NCBI GenBank assembly: GCA_031411135.1
Contig: JANOAN010000004.1
Location: 1-61,350 of the forward strand
Origin: a bacterium
GTDB lineage: Bacteria > Patescibacteriota > Minisyncoccia > Phycocordibacterales > CAIZLB01
DNA: 61,350 nt
Direction: 5' to 3'
Shown here: piece after piece, positions 17,244 to 26,700 of the stretch
How positions within the stretch are numbered: position 1 is the first letter of the stretch
Layout of the letters: every line of letters starts with the position of its first letter
Notes under the pieces: generated by a model
Databases searched by the model: none
What the model was told of the DNA's origin: nothing
Seen by the model: the letters and a program-made list of their open reading frames with translations, nothing else
Position numbers and translations under genes: made by a program

Positions 17244-19304
17244 ATGTCAAATAAAGTATTTAAAACACACAAAATAATCCAAAAGGGATTGTTAATAATA
17301 AGTTTTTTATTTTTGAACTTTTTTACAAATCCAACAAGTGCAAGTGCTAACGCGTATTGGCATAACGGCGTTGGCAATTTGGATGATGTTGGATCTTGGT
17401 ACATAAATTCAGCTCTCCAAAGTCCAGCAAATACAGTACCTACAGCAGGAGATGTTGGTTATATTAATGGTGGCACCACACTAACACAGACAGGCAGTGT
17501 CTCAATAGACTATACTTTAAATATAGAAAACGGTGGAATAATAAATACGAGTAATATTGGAACTATAACAATAGCTGATGGTGGTGTTATAAATATAGAA
17601 AATCAAGGAACGATGACTGTAGATGATGGTGGAATATTAAACATCTTGAATGGAGGAACTTTAAATATAAACAGTGGGGCCACCTTCACACAAAGTAATA
17701 CATCGTGGAGTATTGCTGGAAATGCAAATGTTTATAATTCTCAAACAATTACTAGTGGGTATACATGGACAGTAACTAGTGGTGCCATTTTAACAATTCA
17801 AGATGGAGGAAATTTTACAGTTGCTAACGGGGGAGGATTAACAATTCAAGATGGAGGAACTTTAAACATAAACAGCAGCGCCACCTTCACACAAAACAAC
17901 GCGTCGTGGAATATTGATGGAGTTATAAATATCTCAAATAGTCAATCTATATCTAGCTCAAAAACATGGACTGTGGCGGGTACTGGATCCTTAAATGTGA
18001 TAAATGGTGCAACTTTGACAACAGATAGTGGTGGAGCTTTAAGTGTAAATAGTGGAGGTACGTCGAATGTAAATAGCGGTGGAATTATGAATATAAATAG
18101 TGGAGGAATTGTGAATATAAATAGCGGTGGAATTTTGAATATAAATAGCGGTGGAATTTTGAATATAAACGATGGGGCTACTTTTACACAAAACAATTCA
18201 TCGTGGAACATTGGTGGGGTTGTAAATGTCTCAAATAATCAATCTATATCTAGCTCAAAGGTGTGGACTGTGGCAAGTGGGGGTAGTTTGAGTCTTGATA
18301 ATGGTGGAATATTTACTATAAACACTGGTGGAAACCTAACTATAGATAGTAATGGTACCCTGGGTATTGGAAGCTTAGGTGTTTTTAATAACAATGGCAC
18401 TATGTCCAATAATGGATCTGCTATTAATAATGGAACATGGAGAAATTTTGGAACAGTCGTTACCGGAGCCTCCGCAACTACAACAAATAATGTCTCAACT
18501 GCGTATGAATTGACAGGTACCGTTGGTTCTCCTGTGTCAACTTACACTCTTTCATCACAAACAGGTCATGTTACTACAAATTACAACGTTGTACTTTCAC
18601 ACTCGCCAAACAGTTGGTCTGCGACAGGACTTCCTGCAGGTCTTTCTATCAATTCGAGCTCCGGGGCAATTACTGGAACTCCGACCATCTCAGGTAATGG
18701 AAGCACAACTGTGGTTTCAATAAATATTAGTAGTGGTAGTTTTGCTATACAAGTTATCAATTATAATTTCGTTATTGCACCATCAGGTGGGAGTTCGACA
18801 GTGATACCTGGTGGACAAACAGGAGGAGGTTCATCAAGTATAGGTGACACAAGAATTATATTTGATAATAAATCACCTCTAAATAATACTCAAGATTGCA
18901 CAAAAGGACAGAAATTTAACACAAAAACAGGACAACCTTGCATCACGGTAGGTAGTACAAACAGCACAGCAGACACGGTCGCAACACCAAAGGGTATTGT
19001 TGTGAGTATCGATGACTTTAACAATACCGCACTCTCACAAGGTTTTAGGTTTACTTCAAATTATGCAATTATGGATATAAATATGGATATTGTTAATCTT
19101 CAAGTATTTTTAAATAGGGTTGGATTTCCTGTCACTACTTCAGGATACGGGTCACAAGGATTAGAAAATAAACGTTTTGGTCCAGCTACACAAGCAGCCC
19201 TCATAAAATTCCAAAAAGACAAGGGTATTAAGCCAGCAGTTGGTTATCTCGGTCCGATTACAAGAAACAAGATTAATGAAATATTGATGTCGATTGGTTT
19301 TTAG
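17244..19304 (+). CDS. Large secreted repeat protein (686 aa) with a C-terminal peptidoglycan-binding domain
   Basis: Signal-like N-terminus and beta-helix-like GGxLNINSG repeats. An Ig-like segment (LPAGLSINSSSGAITGTPT). C-terminal PG_binding_1-like FGPATQAALIKFQKDKGIKPAVGYLGPITRNKI. TATAAT (17230-17235) lies 8 nt before the ATG. Confidence 0.8.
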   Translation: MSNKVFKTHKIIQKGLLIISFLFLNFFTNPTSASANAYWHNGVGNLDDVGSWYINSALQSPANTVPTAGDVGYINGGTTLTQTGSVSIDYTLNIENGGIINTSNIGTITIADGGVINIENQGTMTVDDGGILNILNGGTLNINSGATFTQSNTSWSIAGNANVYNSQTITSGYTWTVTSGAILTIQDGGNFTVANGGGLTIQDGGTLNINSSATFTQNNASWNIDGVINISNSQSISSSKTWTVAGTGSLNVINGATLTTDSGGALSVNSGGTSNVNSGGIMNINSGGIVNINSGGILNINSGGILNINDGATFTQNNSSWNIGGVVNVSNNQSISSSKVWTVASGGSLSLDNGGIFTINTGGNLTIDSNGTLGIGSLGVFNNNGTMSNNGSAINNGTWRNFGTVVTGASATTTNNVSTAYELTGTVGSPVSTYTLSSQTGHVTTNYNVVLSHSPNSWSATGLPAGLSINSSSGAITGTPTISGNGSTTVVSINISSGSFAIQVINYNFVIAPSGGSSTVIPGGQTGGGSSSIGDTRIIFDNKSPLNNTQDCTKGQKFNTKTGQPCITVGSTNSTADTVATPKGIVVSIDDFNNTALSQGFRFTSNYAIMDINMDIVNLQVFLNRVGFPVTTSGYGSQGLENKRFGPATQAALIKFQKDKGIKPAVGYLGPITRNKINEILMSIGF
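18024..18167 (+). repeat. Six tandem 24-bp units encoding (N/D)SGGxxx(V/I)
   Basis: Encodes DSGGALSV NSGGTSNV NSGGIMNI NSGGIVNI NSGGILNI NSGGILNI. The last two units are nearly identical at the DNA level. Confidence 0.85.
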
Positions 19305-19312
19305 AAACTTCT

Positions 19313-19392
19313 ATTTAGAATCTCTTTTAAAGATTTTAACTCACTTACAATCCGGTCCACAAAAATTACATCCAAGTCCACTCGTAATATTT
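19313..19392 (+). repeat. Copy B of the ~80-bp direct repeat (see 17115-17191)
   Basis: Starts 9 nt after the stop of the 686-aa gene. Aligned by eye to copy A. Confidence 0.55.
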
Positions 19393-19468
19393 CCCCCTCA
19401 TACCCGTCATAACTCCAGCTAGTGTCAGTATTTCGAATTACAGAGTTTAGGGCTACAATCCCTGACCC

Positions 19469-19496
19469 TTGACATTTCTAAAATACTACATATAAT
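19469..19496 (+). promoter_or_regulatory. Consensus promoter TTGACA-16-TATAAT
   Basis: TTGACA at 19469-19474 and TATAAT at 19491-19496. The ATG follows 9 nt later with no SD. Confidence 0.6.
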
Positions 19497-19505
19497 ACTA
19501 AAACT

Positions 19506-19640
19506 ATGACAAAAAAGCAAAATCAACTGAATGCTAGAAATCACGTCCGAAAAGGATCTGCTTTTTTTGCTGTGTCACCAAACAACTATAAAATTTCTGC
19601 GACTATCGCGGGGAAATTACGCTGTGTTCAAAGAACTTAA
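19506..19640 (+). CDS. Stand-alone mini-gene (44 aa, basic); could instead be a small RNA
   Basis: Hand translation gives MTKKQNQLNARNHVRKGSAFFAVSPNNYKISATIAGKLRCVQRT. It is bracketed by a consensus promoter and an intrinsic terminator and is too short for the ORF track. Confidence 0.35.
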   Translation: MTKKQNQLNARNHVRKGSAFFAVSPNNYKISATIAGKLRCVQRT

Positions 19641-19661
19641 AAACTAATCATTTTTAAGTCC

Positions 19662-19693
19662 AAAAAACACCGCGTAAATCGCGGTGTTTTTTG
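19662..19693. terminator. Intrinsic terminator (A-run/T-run on both sides)
   Basis: CACCGCG (19668-19674), loop TAAAT, CGCGGTG (19680-19686), then TTTTTT. Confidence 0.8.
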
Positions 19694-19752
19694 TTCTTTA
19701 GCTCTTTACAATTCAACACAACACGAACACAAACAGAAAGGAATCGGTAAAA

Positions 19753-21543
19753 ATGAAATCGGAAAACAAATCAAAAAAAGATGGGTCTAATCCACTCTTC
19801 TTCCTCTTCAGAGAGGTTTGGCACTACTCGGTTGGAAACAGGAAAAATGTTGTTCTTGTCTGGATGATTTTCATCATCGCAGAAACTTTTAACATCCTTA
19901 TCCAGCCGCAGATCTGGGCCAAAGTTATGGATGTCGTTCAGAGTGAAGGCGTGACGAGTGGAAACATTCGCACGCTACTCGCTCTTCTTCTCTCAACAAT
20001 GGGAGCCACGGCAGTCTTCTGGTTTATCCATGCTCCTGCAAGAGTCATGGAAAACATGAATGCATTCAAAGTCAGGCTGGCGTATCGAAAACATCTCCTT
20101 CGAGGTGTTATGACGCTACCTTTGGAATGGCATGCAGGCCAGCATTCAGGAGAGATTATCGACAAAATTGAGAAGGGCATCCAAGCCTTGTATCAGTTCA
20201 CGAAATACTCTTTTGAAATCATCTATGCAATTGTGAGGTTCTTTGGTAGCTTCATTATGCTGGCTTACTTGTTCCCACCCTCAGCGGCTGTCGTCTTTGT
20301 GATGATGGTCCTAACGTTTTGGGTCGTCACACGCTTCGACAAGATACTGATAAGTCAATATCGTGAGCTGAATCGAAATGAAAATAAGATCTCAGCAAGT
20401 GTTGTCGATTCAATCGGCAACATCGTCACGGTGATCGTTCTTCGCGTCGAAAAATTAATCTTTAACGCGATTATCAGTAAAACAGAAAGACCCTACGAGC
20501 TGTTCAAGAAAAACAGCAGGATGAACGAGGTCAAGTGGTTTATCACTTCAATGTGTTGCTCGGCGACGATTGTTATCGTTCTCGGCACATATTTCCTTCA
20601 GCACATTGGTGCTAGAGGAGGGGTTTTGTTCGGAGAAGTATTCTTGCTTTACAGATATCTCGGTAACATTGGTGACATCCTCAACAGATTCACCAACCTG
20701 TACAGCGACACGGTACAACGCAGGGCAAACGTGGCAAATGCAGAGGAACTTTCCGCGGACTTCCGCGATGAGAGCTTTGCAAACCATGTCCTGCCTGACA
20801 AGTGGCAGAACCTGAGCATCAATGGGCTGACCTTCTCTTACGAAAACGCAGGAGAACCGAGATTGCATCTCGATAACGTCTCATTGCAAATCAAACGCGG
20901 CGAGAAAATTGCTGTCGTCGGAGGAAGTGGCAGTGGTAAAACCACTTTCCTAAAGATCATGCGTTATCTTTACCACCCATCTGAATTAAAACTATCGGTG
21001 GATGGTCAGGAAATTTCACAAGGTTTCGACGGGATTGCCAGAGCCATCACTCTTGTTCCACAAGAGGCTGAAATTTTCGCGACAACCGTTCGCGAAAACA
21101 TCACCCTCGGAGCAGATTATTCCGACGATGTGATAATGCGTTACGTCGAAATGGCAGGACTAACTGAGGTGATCGCAAGGTTACCGAAAGGGTTGGACTC
21201 CATGATGAATGAAAAGGGAGTGAGCCTAAGTGGAGGCGAAAAACAGCGTCTGGCACTGGCCCGCGGGTTTCTCGCTTGTGCCGGCGATGATAAAAGCATA
21301 CTGCTCTTTGATGAGCCCACCAGCAGTCTCGATGTCAAAATTGAGAGGGAAGTCTACCGTAAAATATTCGATGGGTTTAATGGGAAGACCATGATTTCAT
21401 CGATTCACAAACTGCATCTCCTGCCGCTTTTCGACAGGATATGCATGTTTGCAAACGGACAGATCATTGCAAGTGGAACATTTGAGGAATTGTCAGCAAG
21501 TTGTACCGAGTTTCGGGAGCTTTGCAAGCAATATACTCAGTGA
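19753..21543 (+). CDS. ABC exporter, fused permease-ATPase (596 aa); GC-rich cassette B
   Basis: Six-TM N-terminal domain. Walker A GGSGSGKTT, signature LSGGEKQRLALAR and Walker B ILLFDEPTSSLD. No C39 peptidase domain. AAAGGA lies upstream of the ATG. Confidence 0.9.
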   Translation: MKSENKSKKDGSNPLFFLFREVWHYSVGNRKNVVLVWMIFIIAETFNILIQPQIWAKVMDVVQSEGVTSGNIRTLLALLLSTMGATAVFWFIHAPARVMENMNAFKVRLAYRKHLLRGVMTLPLEWHAGQHSGEIIDKIEKGIQALYQFTKYSFEIIYAIVRFFGSFIMLAYLFPPSAAVVFVMMVLTFWVVTRFDKILISQYRELNRNENKISASVVDSIGNIVTVIVLRVEKLIFNAIISKTERPYELFKKNSRMNEVKWFITSMCCSATIVIVLGTYFLQHIGARGGVLFGEVFLLYRYLGNIGDILNRFTNLYSDTVQRRANVANAEELSADFRDESFANHVLPDKWQNLSINGLTFSYENAGEPRLHLDNVSLQIKRGEKIAVVGGSGSGKTTFLKIMRYLYHPSELKLSVDGQEISQGFDGIARAITLVPQEAEIFATTVRENITLGADYSDDVIMRYVEMAGLTEVIARLPKGLDSMMNEKGVSLSGGEKQRLALARGFLACAGDDKSILLFDEPTSSLDVKIEREVYRKIFDGFNGKTMISSIHKLHLLPLFDRICMFANGQIIASGTFEELSASCTEFRELCKQYTQ

Positions 21544-21580
21544 TCCAAATGTGATGATCGGTGTTGAATAATCAAAATGA

Positions 21581-21612
21581 CCCGCGATACGAAAGTATCG
21601 CGGGTTTTTGTT
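21581..21612 (+). terminator. Intrinsic terminator of the ABC exporter gene
   Basis: CCCGCGATAC (21581-21590), loop GAAA, GTATCGCGGG (21595-21604), then TTTTT. Confidence 0.85.
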
Positions 21613-21688
21613 TACATTCATTCCTGTATTAATTTCCCACCTCGTACGGCTTTAATAATGCCAGTATTACTAATTTTAATACAATATT

Positions 21689-21868
21689 ATGATTACAAAA
21701 GAAGAAATCAATGCTCAAAAAAAGAAAGTTGAAGAAGATCGTAGACATCTCGAAATTGATGAACACAAATTAAGAGAAGTGGAGAAAAAGCAAGCTGCCG
21801 ACGAAAGAAAACAAAAAGAAATGGAGCTTGAAGATGCGAAACGAAGAGAAAGAGACTTGAGTAGGTAA
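21689..21868 (+). CDS. Possible small charged coiled-coil protein (59 aa)
   Basis: Hand translation gives MITKEEINAQKKKVEEDRRHLEIDEHKLREVEKKQAADERKQKEMELEDAKRRERDLSR. It is co-directional with downstream genes. An overlapping 72-aa minus-strand ORF looks like a shadow. Confidence 0.3.
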   Translation: MITKEEINAQKKKVEEDRRHLEIDEHKLREVEKKQAADERKQKEMELEDAKRRERDLSR

Positions 21869-21924
21869 ATATTGTGTTTTTTCCTAAATTTACCACTTCA
21901 AAAATTGATGCTAAGATAGCAATC

Positions 21925-22689
21925 ATGAATACTCAATCATCACCGATCAGAATTTTCAGTATTATTGCTTTATTAATCGTTGCTCTTGTTGGAGTATATT
22001 TTTCACTTAATAAAAATATAAATATTTTACCAACAAATTTAACCCAGGTTGGGACAAGTACGAACAGTAACGCTACAACCACTGCAAATATTCCAAATCA
22101 AATTGGCAAGCCAGTAATTACAAAATTGGATATGCCACAAGCGCTGAATGTTGATCAAAAGGGAACTTGGACTGTATATGCAAGCAGTACTGATGGAAAA
22201 GGATTGTCGTATAGTGCTGTATGGGGAGATGAAGTCATTGCGGATCCGACTGCCGTTGTAAATTTGATAAAACAAGTTAGTCCAACCTTTACACACTCTT
22301 ACAGTTATCCTGGAGTATATAATCCAGTCATAACAATATATGGAAGTACTGGTGAAAGTGTTTATGCCAGCGTTGGCGCAAGGGTTATTGGGGAAACCAA
22401 AAAGGCCCCAATAGTTTATTCTCTATCACCAAGTTCTGCTACGGCTGGAAGTCTAATTACTATTAATGGCGCAGGATTTACTCCTCCAAAATCTGTACCA
22501 AATGGTCCTGGAACTATGCCATCAAACGAGGTTTTGTTTGATGGTACGGTTCTTGCCGGTGTGACTTCAAATGGAGTGAATAATTTATATTTTATGATTC
22601 CAAATGATGCTAAATTAGGCAAACATACCTTAGAGGTGAAAAACCTTAATGGAAAGAGTAATGCAGTAAAAGTGATAGTAAGCAATTAG
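21925..22689 (+). CDS. Secreted protein with a PKD-like domain and an IPT/TIG domain (254 aa from ATG 21925)
   Basis: The TM/signal segment IRIFSIIALLIVALVGVYF follows the internal ATG. LNVDQKGTWTVYASSTDGKGLSYSAVWGDE is PKD-like. PIVYSLSPSSATAGSLITINGAGF is IPT/TIG-like. Confidence 0.7.
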   Translation: MNTQSSPIRIFSIIALLIVALVGVYFSLNKNINILPTNLTQVGTSTNSNATTTANIPNQIGKPVITKLDMPQALNVDQKGTWTVYASSTDGKGLSYSAVWGDEVIADPTAVVNLIKQVSPTFTHSYSYPGVYNPVITIYGSTGESVYASVGARVIGETKKAPIVYSLSPSSATAGSLITINGAGFTPPKSVPNGPGTMPSNEVLFDGTVLAGVTSNGVNNLYFMIPNDAKLGKHTLEVKNLNGKSNAVKVIVSN

Positions 22690-22711
22690 AACTTCGAACG
22701 TCTATATAAGT

Positions 22712-23995
22712 ATGACAAAAACTAAAATTCTTTTAGGTTTGGTTTTGAGTATTTCTTTCGGTTTTAGTACAGTATTAGCTCAAAACACCTCCCAGTTTCC
22801 GATTCAAATTTCTACGTGTGTAGGCCTTAGTAACAATATGAATTATAGGGCTCGAGATGCGTTTACTAATGGGGACGTTAGCCGTCTACAGTCCTATCTA
22901 AATTCAAAGGGATATCTATCGGTTTCTGCAACAGGTTATTTTGGTCCAATGACACTTCGAGCGGTGCAAAAATTTCAATCTGAAAATGGGTTGTTTTCGG
23001 CGGGGTATGTAGGGCCACTTACAAGAGCAAAAATTAGCAGTTTAAGTTGTGGTGACATACAGACTTCATTACCAGTAGTTTATTCAGTTTCTCCGTCGTC
23101 AGGCCTAGTTGGATCACAAGTGACTATTAATGGTTCAAACTTTACTTCTGATACCAAAGTTTCTTTTGCTTCGGGATATGCAAGTAGCATTTTCGTATCA
23201 AGTAATAAAATAACTTTCACTGTTCCTTCAGAGATTGCACCTTCTTGTTACTACTCGACTCCAAGATGTTATTTATTTGTAGCTGCAAGACAGGTTGTAC
23301 CGGGTGATTATACAATTTCTGTTGAAAATTCAAATGGAATAAGTAATTCAATTAATTTTACAGTAACTTCTGGTACACAAAATAATAATGCACCAGTCAT
23401 AAATGGATTAGACGCACCGACTTCTTTGAATGTTGATCAGGCGGGAACTTGGAAAGTGTGGGCGACTGATGTCGCAGGTAGTGGATTAAATTATGAAGTG
23501 AAATGGGGAGATGAGGTCTATGCAACTACAAACACCACTAAGACTTCTTTGCCGGTTCTTCCAAACTGGCAGAATTCAACATTCACTCATGTGTACCATT
23601 CTGCAGGTACTTATACGGCAGTGTTTACAGTTACAGGTAGTAACGGTCAAAGCGCACAGGCAAGTGCGAGTGTGATAGTGAAAAATAATGCGCAGGTTCC
23701 TGTAATAAATTATTTATCTCCAACTTCTGGGAGGGTTGGTACTAATGTTATGATTTACGGATCCGGCTTTTCTTCAACAAACACCGTGCTTTTTGATGGG
23801 GGACCGGTAAATAATGTTGTTTCTAACAGTGGGACGAGTATGACTTTCAATGTACCAGAATATGTTGGGATTGATTGTGCTCCAAATATGTATTGCACCA
23901 TGATTGCAAGACAGATTACTCTAGGTACACACCCTGTGGTGGTGAGGAACTCTAATGGGGTAAGTAATACGCTTTACTATACGGTTACAAATTAA
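22712..23995 (+). CDS. Secreted protein: PG-binding domain, two IPT/TIG domains and a PKD-like domain (427 aa); paralogous to the preceding gene
   Basis: Signal peptide. PG_binding_1-like GYFGPMTLRAVQKFQSENGLFSAGYVGPLTRAKI. LNVDQAGTWKVWATDVAGSGLNYEVKWGDE parallels the upstream gene. Confidence 0.75.
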   Translation: MTKTKILLGLVLSISFGFSTVLAQNTSQFPIQISTCVGLSNNMNYRARDAFTNGDVSRLQSYLNSKGYLSVSATGYFGPMTLRAVQKFQSENGLFSAGYVGPLTRAKISSLSCGDIQTSLPVVYSVSPSSGLVGSQVTINGSNFTSDTKVSFASGYASSIFVSSNKITFTVPSEIAPSCYYSTPRCYLFVAARQVVPGDYTISVENSNGISNSINFTVTSGTQNNNAPVINGLDAPTSLNVDQAGTWKVWATDVAGSGLNYEVKWGDEVYATTNTTKTSLPVLPNWQNSTFTHVYHSAGTYTAVFTVTGSNGQSAQASASVIVKNNAQVPVINYLSPTSGRVGTNVMIYGSGFSSTNTVLFDGGPVNNVVSNSGTSMTFNVPEYVGIDCAPNMYCTMIARQITLGTHPVVVRNSNGVSNTLYYTVTN

Positions 23996-24031
23996 ATAAG
24001 ATTTTTCACTGATAATTTACCGGTATTTAAA

Positions 24032-24064
24032 CTTGACTTTTCTATCTTTAAAGATAGAGTCAAG
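24032..24064 (+). terminator. Imperfect hairpin between surface-protein genes (possible terminator)
   Basis: CTTGAC-TTT-TCTATCTTT pairs with AAAGATAGA-GTCAAG. No clear T-run. Confidence 0.3.
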
Positions 24065-24105
24065 AACATCTTTCGGTGGGAAGGATTTATTAAATAATTA
24101 ATATT

Positions 24106-25575
24106 ATGAAAAAAAATATACTGAATAGTTTGAAAGTTTTTCTTTTGTTAGGAGTTTTATTGATTGGAGGGCAGGTAACTTTAGCAATAGAAGGACCTGT
24201 TGCTACTGTGACAACTAACGCCGCAACCTCAATCACTACCAGTGACGCAACTTTAAGCGGAACTCTTGGTGTGGTAGCTGCAACAAACGAATCTTTCTGG
24301 GTTTCTACAAGTACTTTTGACGTATCTACTCCAAACATTCCAGCAAATGTTTACTCGACACCAGTTCTTGATCCAGTAGCAGCAAATGGAACCTTCTCTG
24401 ATCCACTCTCAATTGTTACTACAAACGGCATCATCACAGGTGGTGCAAATGTAAATATGCCAGCAATAACGCCTGGTACTACTTACTATTATGTTGCTTG
24501 GGCATACATTGATGGTACGTGGATTCACGGAGAAATTTTGACCCTTACAACAGCAACTCCAGTAGTAGAATCAGCAACTCTTACCCTTGTAAAACATTCT
24601 ATTGGTGGTAATGGAACATTCAATTTTAACCTTACAGGTAGTACATCAACATCCACCGCTCTTACAACAGTTGATGGTTATGCAACTACTACTGTTACTT
24701 TAAACGTTGGTACGACTACAATTTCGGAATTATCAAATGAAGGATGGAATTTTACTTCAGCAAATTGTATTTATGACGGTGAAAGCGTAGGAAGTCCAGT
24801 AGAATATGGTGAAGTTGTTACTGTGGAAAACGGTGATAATGTTACTTGTACTTTTACGAACACTTCAAATACGGTTGGAAGTATCAGAGTTCTCAAAAGG
24901 GTGGTGGCTTCAGATGGGGAAACATATGTAGATGATAATACCACTTTTACAGTTACTTTAGATGGTGAAATCAGCCGCTCTTTCTCAGAGTACGCTAGTA
25001 CTACATACGAAGGTTTGTCAGCAGGTCTCCACACGATCACAGAAGCGGCAAGTTCTGATTACGATCTGGTCTCTATTTCTGGAGATGCAGATTCAGAAGA
25101 ACCCGGTGTCCAGATAAATGTTACTCCTGGTCTAACTACTCTTGTTACAATCACAAACAAGCGCCGCGCAACATCTGCACCTGCGCAACCAGCACCTACT
25201 CAGGGTGCAACTGGTGGTGGAAACGTCCTAGGATGGTCTGCAGGTTCAGTATTAGGTGCTTCAACAGATTCAAATAATTCTTGTAAAGTTATTTTGACCT
25301 CATACTTGAAACGAGGAGGTAAAAACGACTCTGAACAAGTTAAGAAACTTCAAACATTCTTGAGCTCACAGAACCTAGGGGTAACTCTTACTGTAAACGG
25401 TATCTTCGATGTACAAACAGAAAATGCAGTAAAGCTATTCCAAGAAAAGTATGCAAAAGAAATTCTTGCACCATGGGGATTAAATAAGTCTACAGGTTAT
25501 GCATACAAAACAACCTTAAGATGGATCAATCACTTGGCTTGTCCTAACTCTCCAGTTCCACCACTTTCTCTCTAA
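24106..25575 (+). CDS. Secreted protein with prealbumin/Cna-B-like repeats and a C-terminal PG-binding domain (489 aa)
   Basis: Signal peptide MKKNILNSLKVFLLLGVLLIGGQVTLA. VTCTFTNT-type beta-sandwich motifs. C-terminal QVKKLQTFLSSQNLGVTLTVNGIFDVQTENAVKLFQ. Confidence 0.7.
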   Translation: MKKNILNSLKVFLLLGVLLIGGQVTLAIEGPVATVTTNAATSITTSDATLSGTLGVVAATNESFWVSTSTFDVSTPNIPANVYSTPVLDPVAANGTFSDPLSIVTTNGIITGGANVNMPAITPGTTYYYVAWAYIDGTWIHGEILTLTTATPVVESATLTLVKHSIGGNGTFNFNLTGSTSTSTALTTVDGYATTTVTLNVGTTTISELSNEGWNFTSANCIYDGESVGSPVEYGEVVTVENGDNVTCTFTNTSNTVGSIRVLKRVVASDGETYVDDNTTFTVTLDGEISRSFSEYASTTYEGLSAGLHTITEAASSDYDLVSISGDADSEEPGVQINVTPGLTTLVTITNKRRATSAPAQPAPTQGATGGGNVLGWSAGSVLGASTDSNNSCKVILTSYLKRGGKNDSEQVKKLQTFLSSQNLGVTLTVNGIFDVQTENAVKLFQEKYAKEILAPWGLNKSTGYAYKTTLRWINHLACPNSPVPPLSL

Positions 25576-25591
25576 TCTAATTTAGAAAAAT

Positions 25592-25619
25592 AAAGACCCC
25601 GCAAGGGGTCTTTATTTTT
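25592..25619 (+). terminator. Intrinsic terminator
   Basis: AAAGACCCC (25592-25600), loop GCAA, GGGGTCTTT (25605-25613), then ATTTTT. Confidence 0.85.
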
Positions 25620-25648
25620 GCTCACATTTGTGGCACAATCACATCATT

Positions 25649-26623
25649 ATGAAGCTTTCGAAATGGCTTAAAAAAATGTTTTTCCCTCACGAGGGAAACA
25701 ACCACCACCCGCACTTTTGGAAGAAAAATTCCATTGCTTTATTTCTTACCTTTGTTTTATTGATCGAAGTCGGAGTCTTTGCACAATCTTTTTTGAACCT
25801 CAAAAATAATTCATATTTAGCTGCGATTTTACCTGCTGTATTGGAGGTTTTAACAAACGACCAAAGAACAGCCAATAACGCCTCACCATTGGCCGAAAAC
25901 GCGCTTTTAAAGGCGGCTGCAGAACAAAAGGCAAAAGATATGGCAACTCGCGGGTACTTTGCGCATAACACACCCGAGGGCTACTTACCGTGGTACTGGC
26001 TTCAAAAGGTTGGATATCAATATGATCATGCCGGAGAGAACTTGGCGGTCAATTTTACTGATTCAAAAGATGTTGTGGATGCTTGGATGAAGTCTCCAAC
26101 GCACCGCGAAAATATTGTTAAACCGATTTATACAGAAACTGGAATTGGTTTGGCATCCGGAGTGTACGAAGGAAGACCTGCAATTTTCGTAGCTCAATTT
26201 TTTGGAACTCCAAAGGCGGTTGCGACATCAGTTGAAGTTCCTGTAAAGAAAGTTGTGGTAACAATAAAGCCTAAAGTTATACCTGTAGTTTTCCCTGTAT
26301 CAACTACCACAATAGTTTCTGCAACTACTACTCAAGTTGCCGGTGCTGAAACTGACACTTCAAAGATTCAAAAGGCGACACCACTTCAGGTTCTTGAAAC
26401 TTCTCCACGACATTTTGGAAAAGGAATTCTTTTTGTTCTGTTAGGATTTGCTGTTGCAGCATTTCTTTTGATTCTTTTAGTTAATGGAAAAGTTCACCAT
26501 CCTAAAATTGTTGTCTCAGCCGCGATGCTAGTGATTGTGCTTACTGGAAGTATTGTTTTTAATGAAAAGGTGTTGAAGGATAAGGTTGAAATAGGGGAAG
26601 CTATTTCTAATGTAAATGTTTAG
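25649..26623 (+). CDS. Membrane-anchored CAP/SCP (YkwD-like) domain protein (324 aa from ATG 25649)
   Basis: MATRGYFAHNTPEG...YDHAGENLAVNF...DAWMKSPTHRENI...TGIGLA matches the CAP-domain pattern. N- and C-terminal TM helices and a V/T/P-rich linker. Confidence 0.75.
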   Translation: MKLSKWLKKMFFPHEGNNHHPHFWKKNSIALFLTFVLLIEVGVFAQSFLNLKNNSYLAAILPAVLEVLTNDQRTANNASPLAENALLKAAAEQKAKDMATRGYFAHNTPEGYLPWYWLQKVGYQYDHAGENLAVNFTDSKDVVDAWMKSPTHRENIVKPIYTETGIGLASGVYEGRPAIFVAQFFGTPKAVATSVEVPVKKVVVTIKPKVIPVVFPVSTTTIVSATTTQVAGAETDTSKIQKATPLQVLETSPRHFGKGILFVLLGFAVAAFLLILLVNGKVHHPKIVVSAAMLVIVLTGSIVFNEKVLKDKVEIGEAISNVNV

Positions 26624-26700
26624 GTAGTATTGACTTTTTATTATATCTGTATTATATTATACAAGTTATAGCTCTTTTAAATAAGTGATATTTTTTCTAT

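Noticed and set aside
21708-21926. 72-aa minus-strand ORF
   Set aside because: The sequence is hydrophobic and low-complexity, and it is antisense to a co-directional charged mini-ORF and to the start of the next surface-protein gene.
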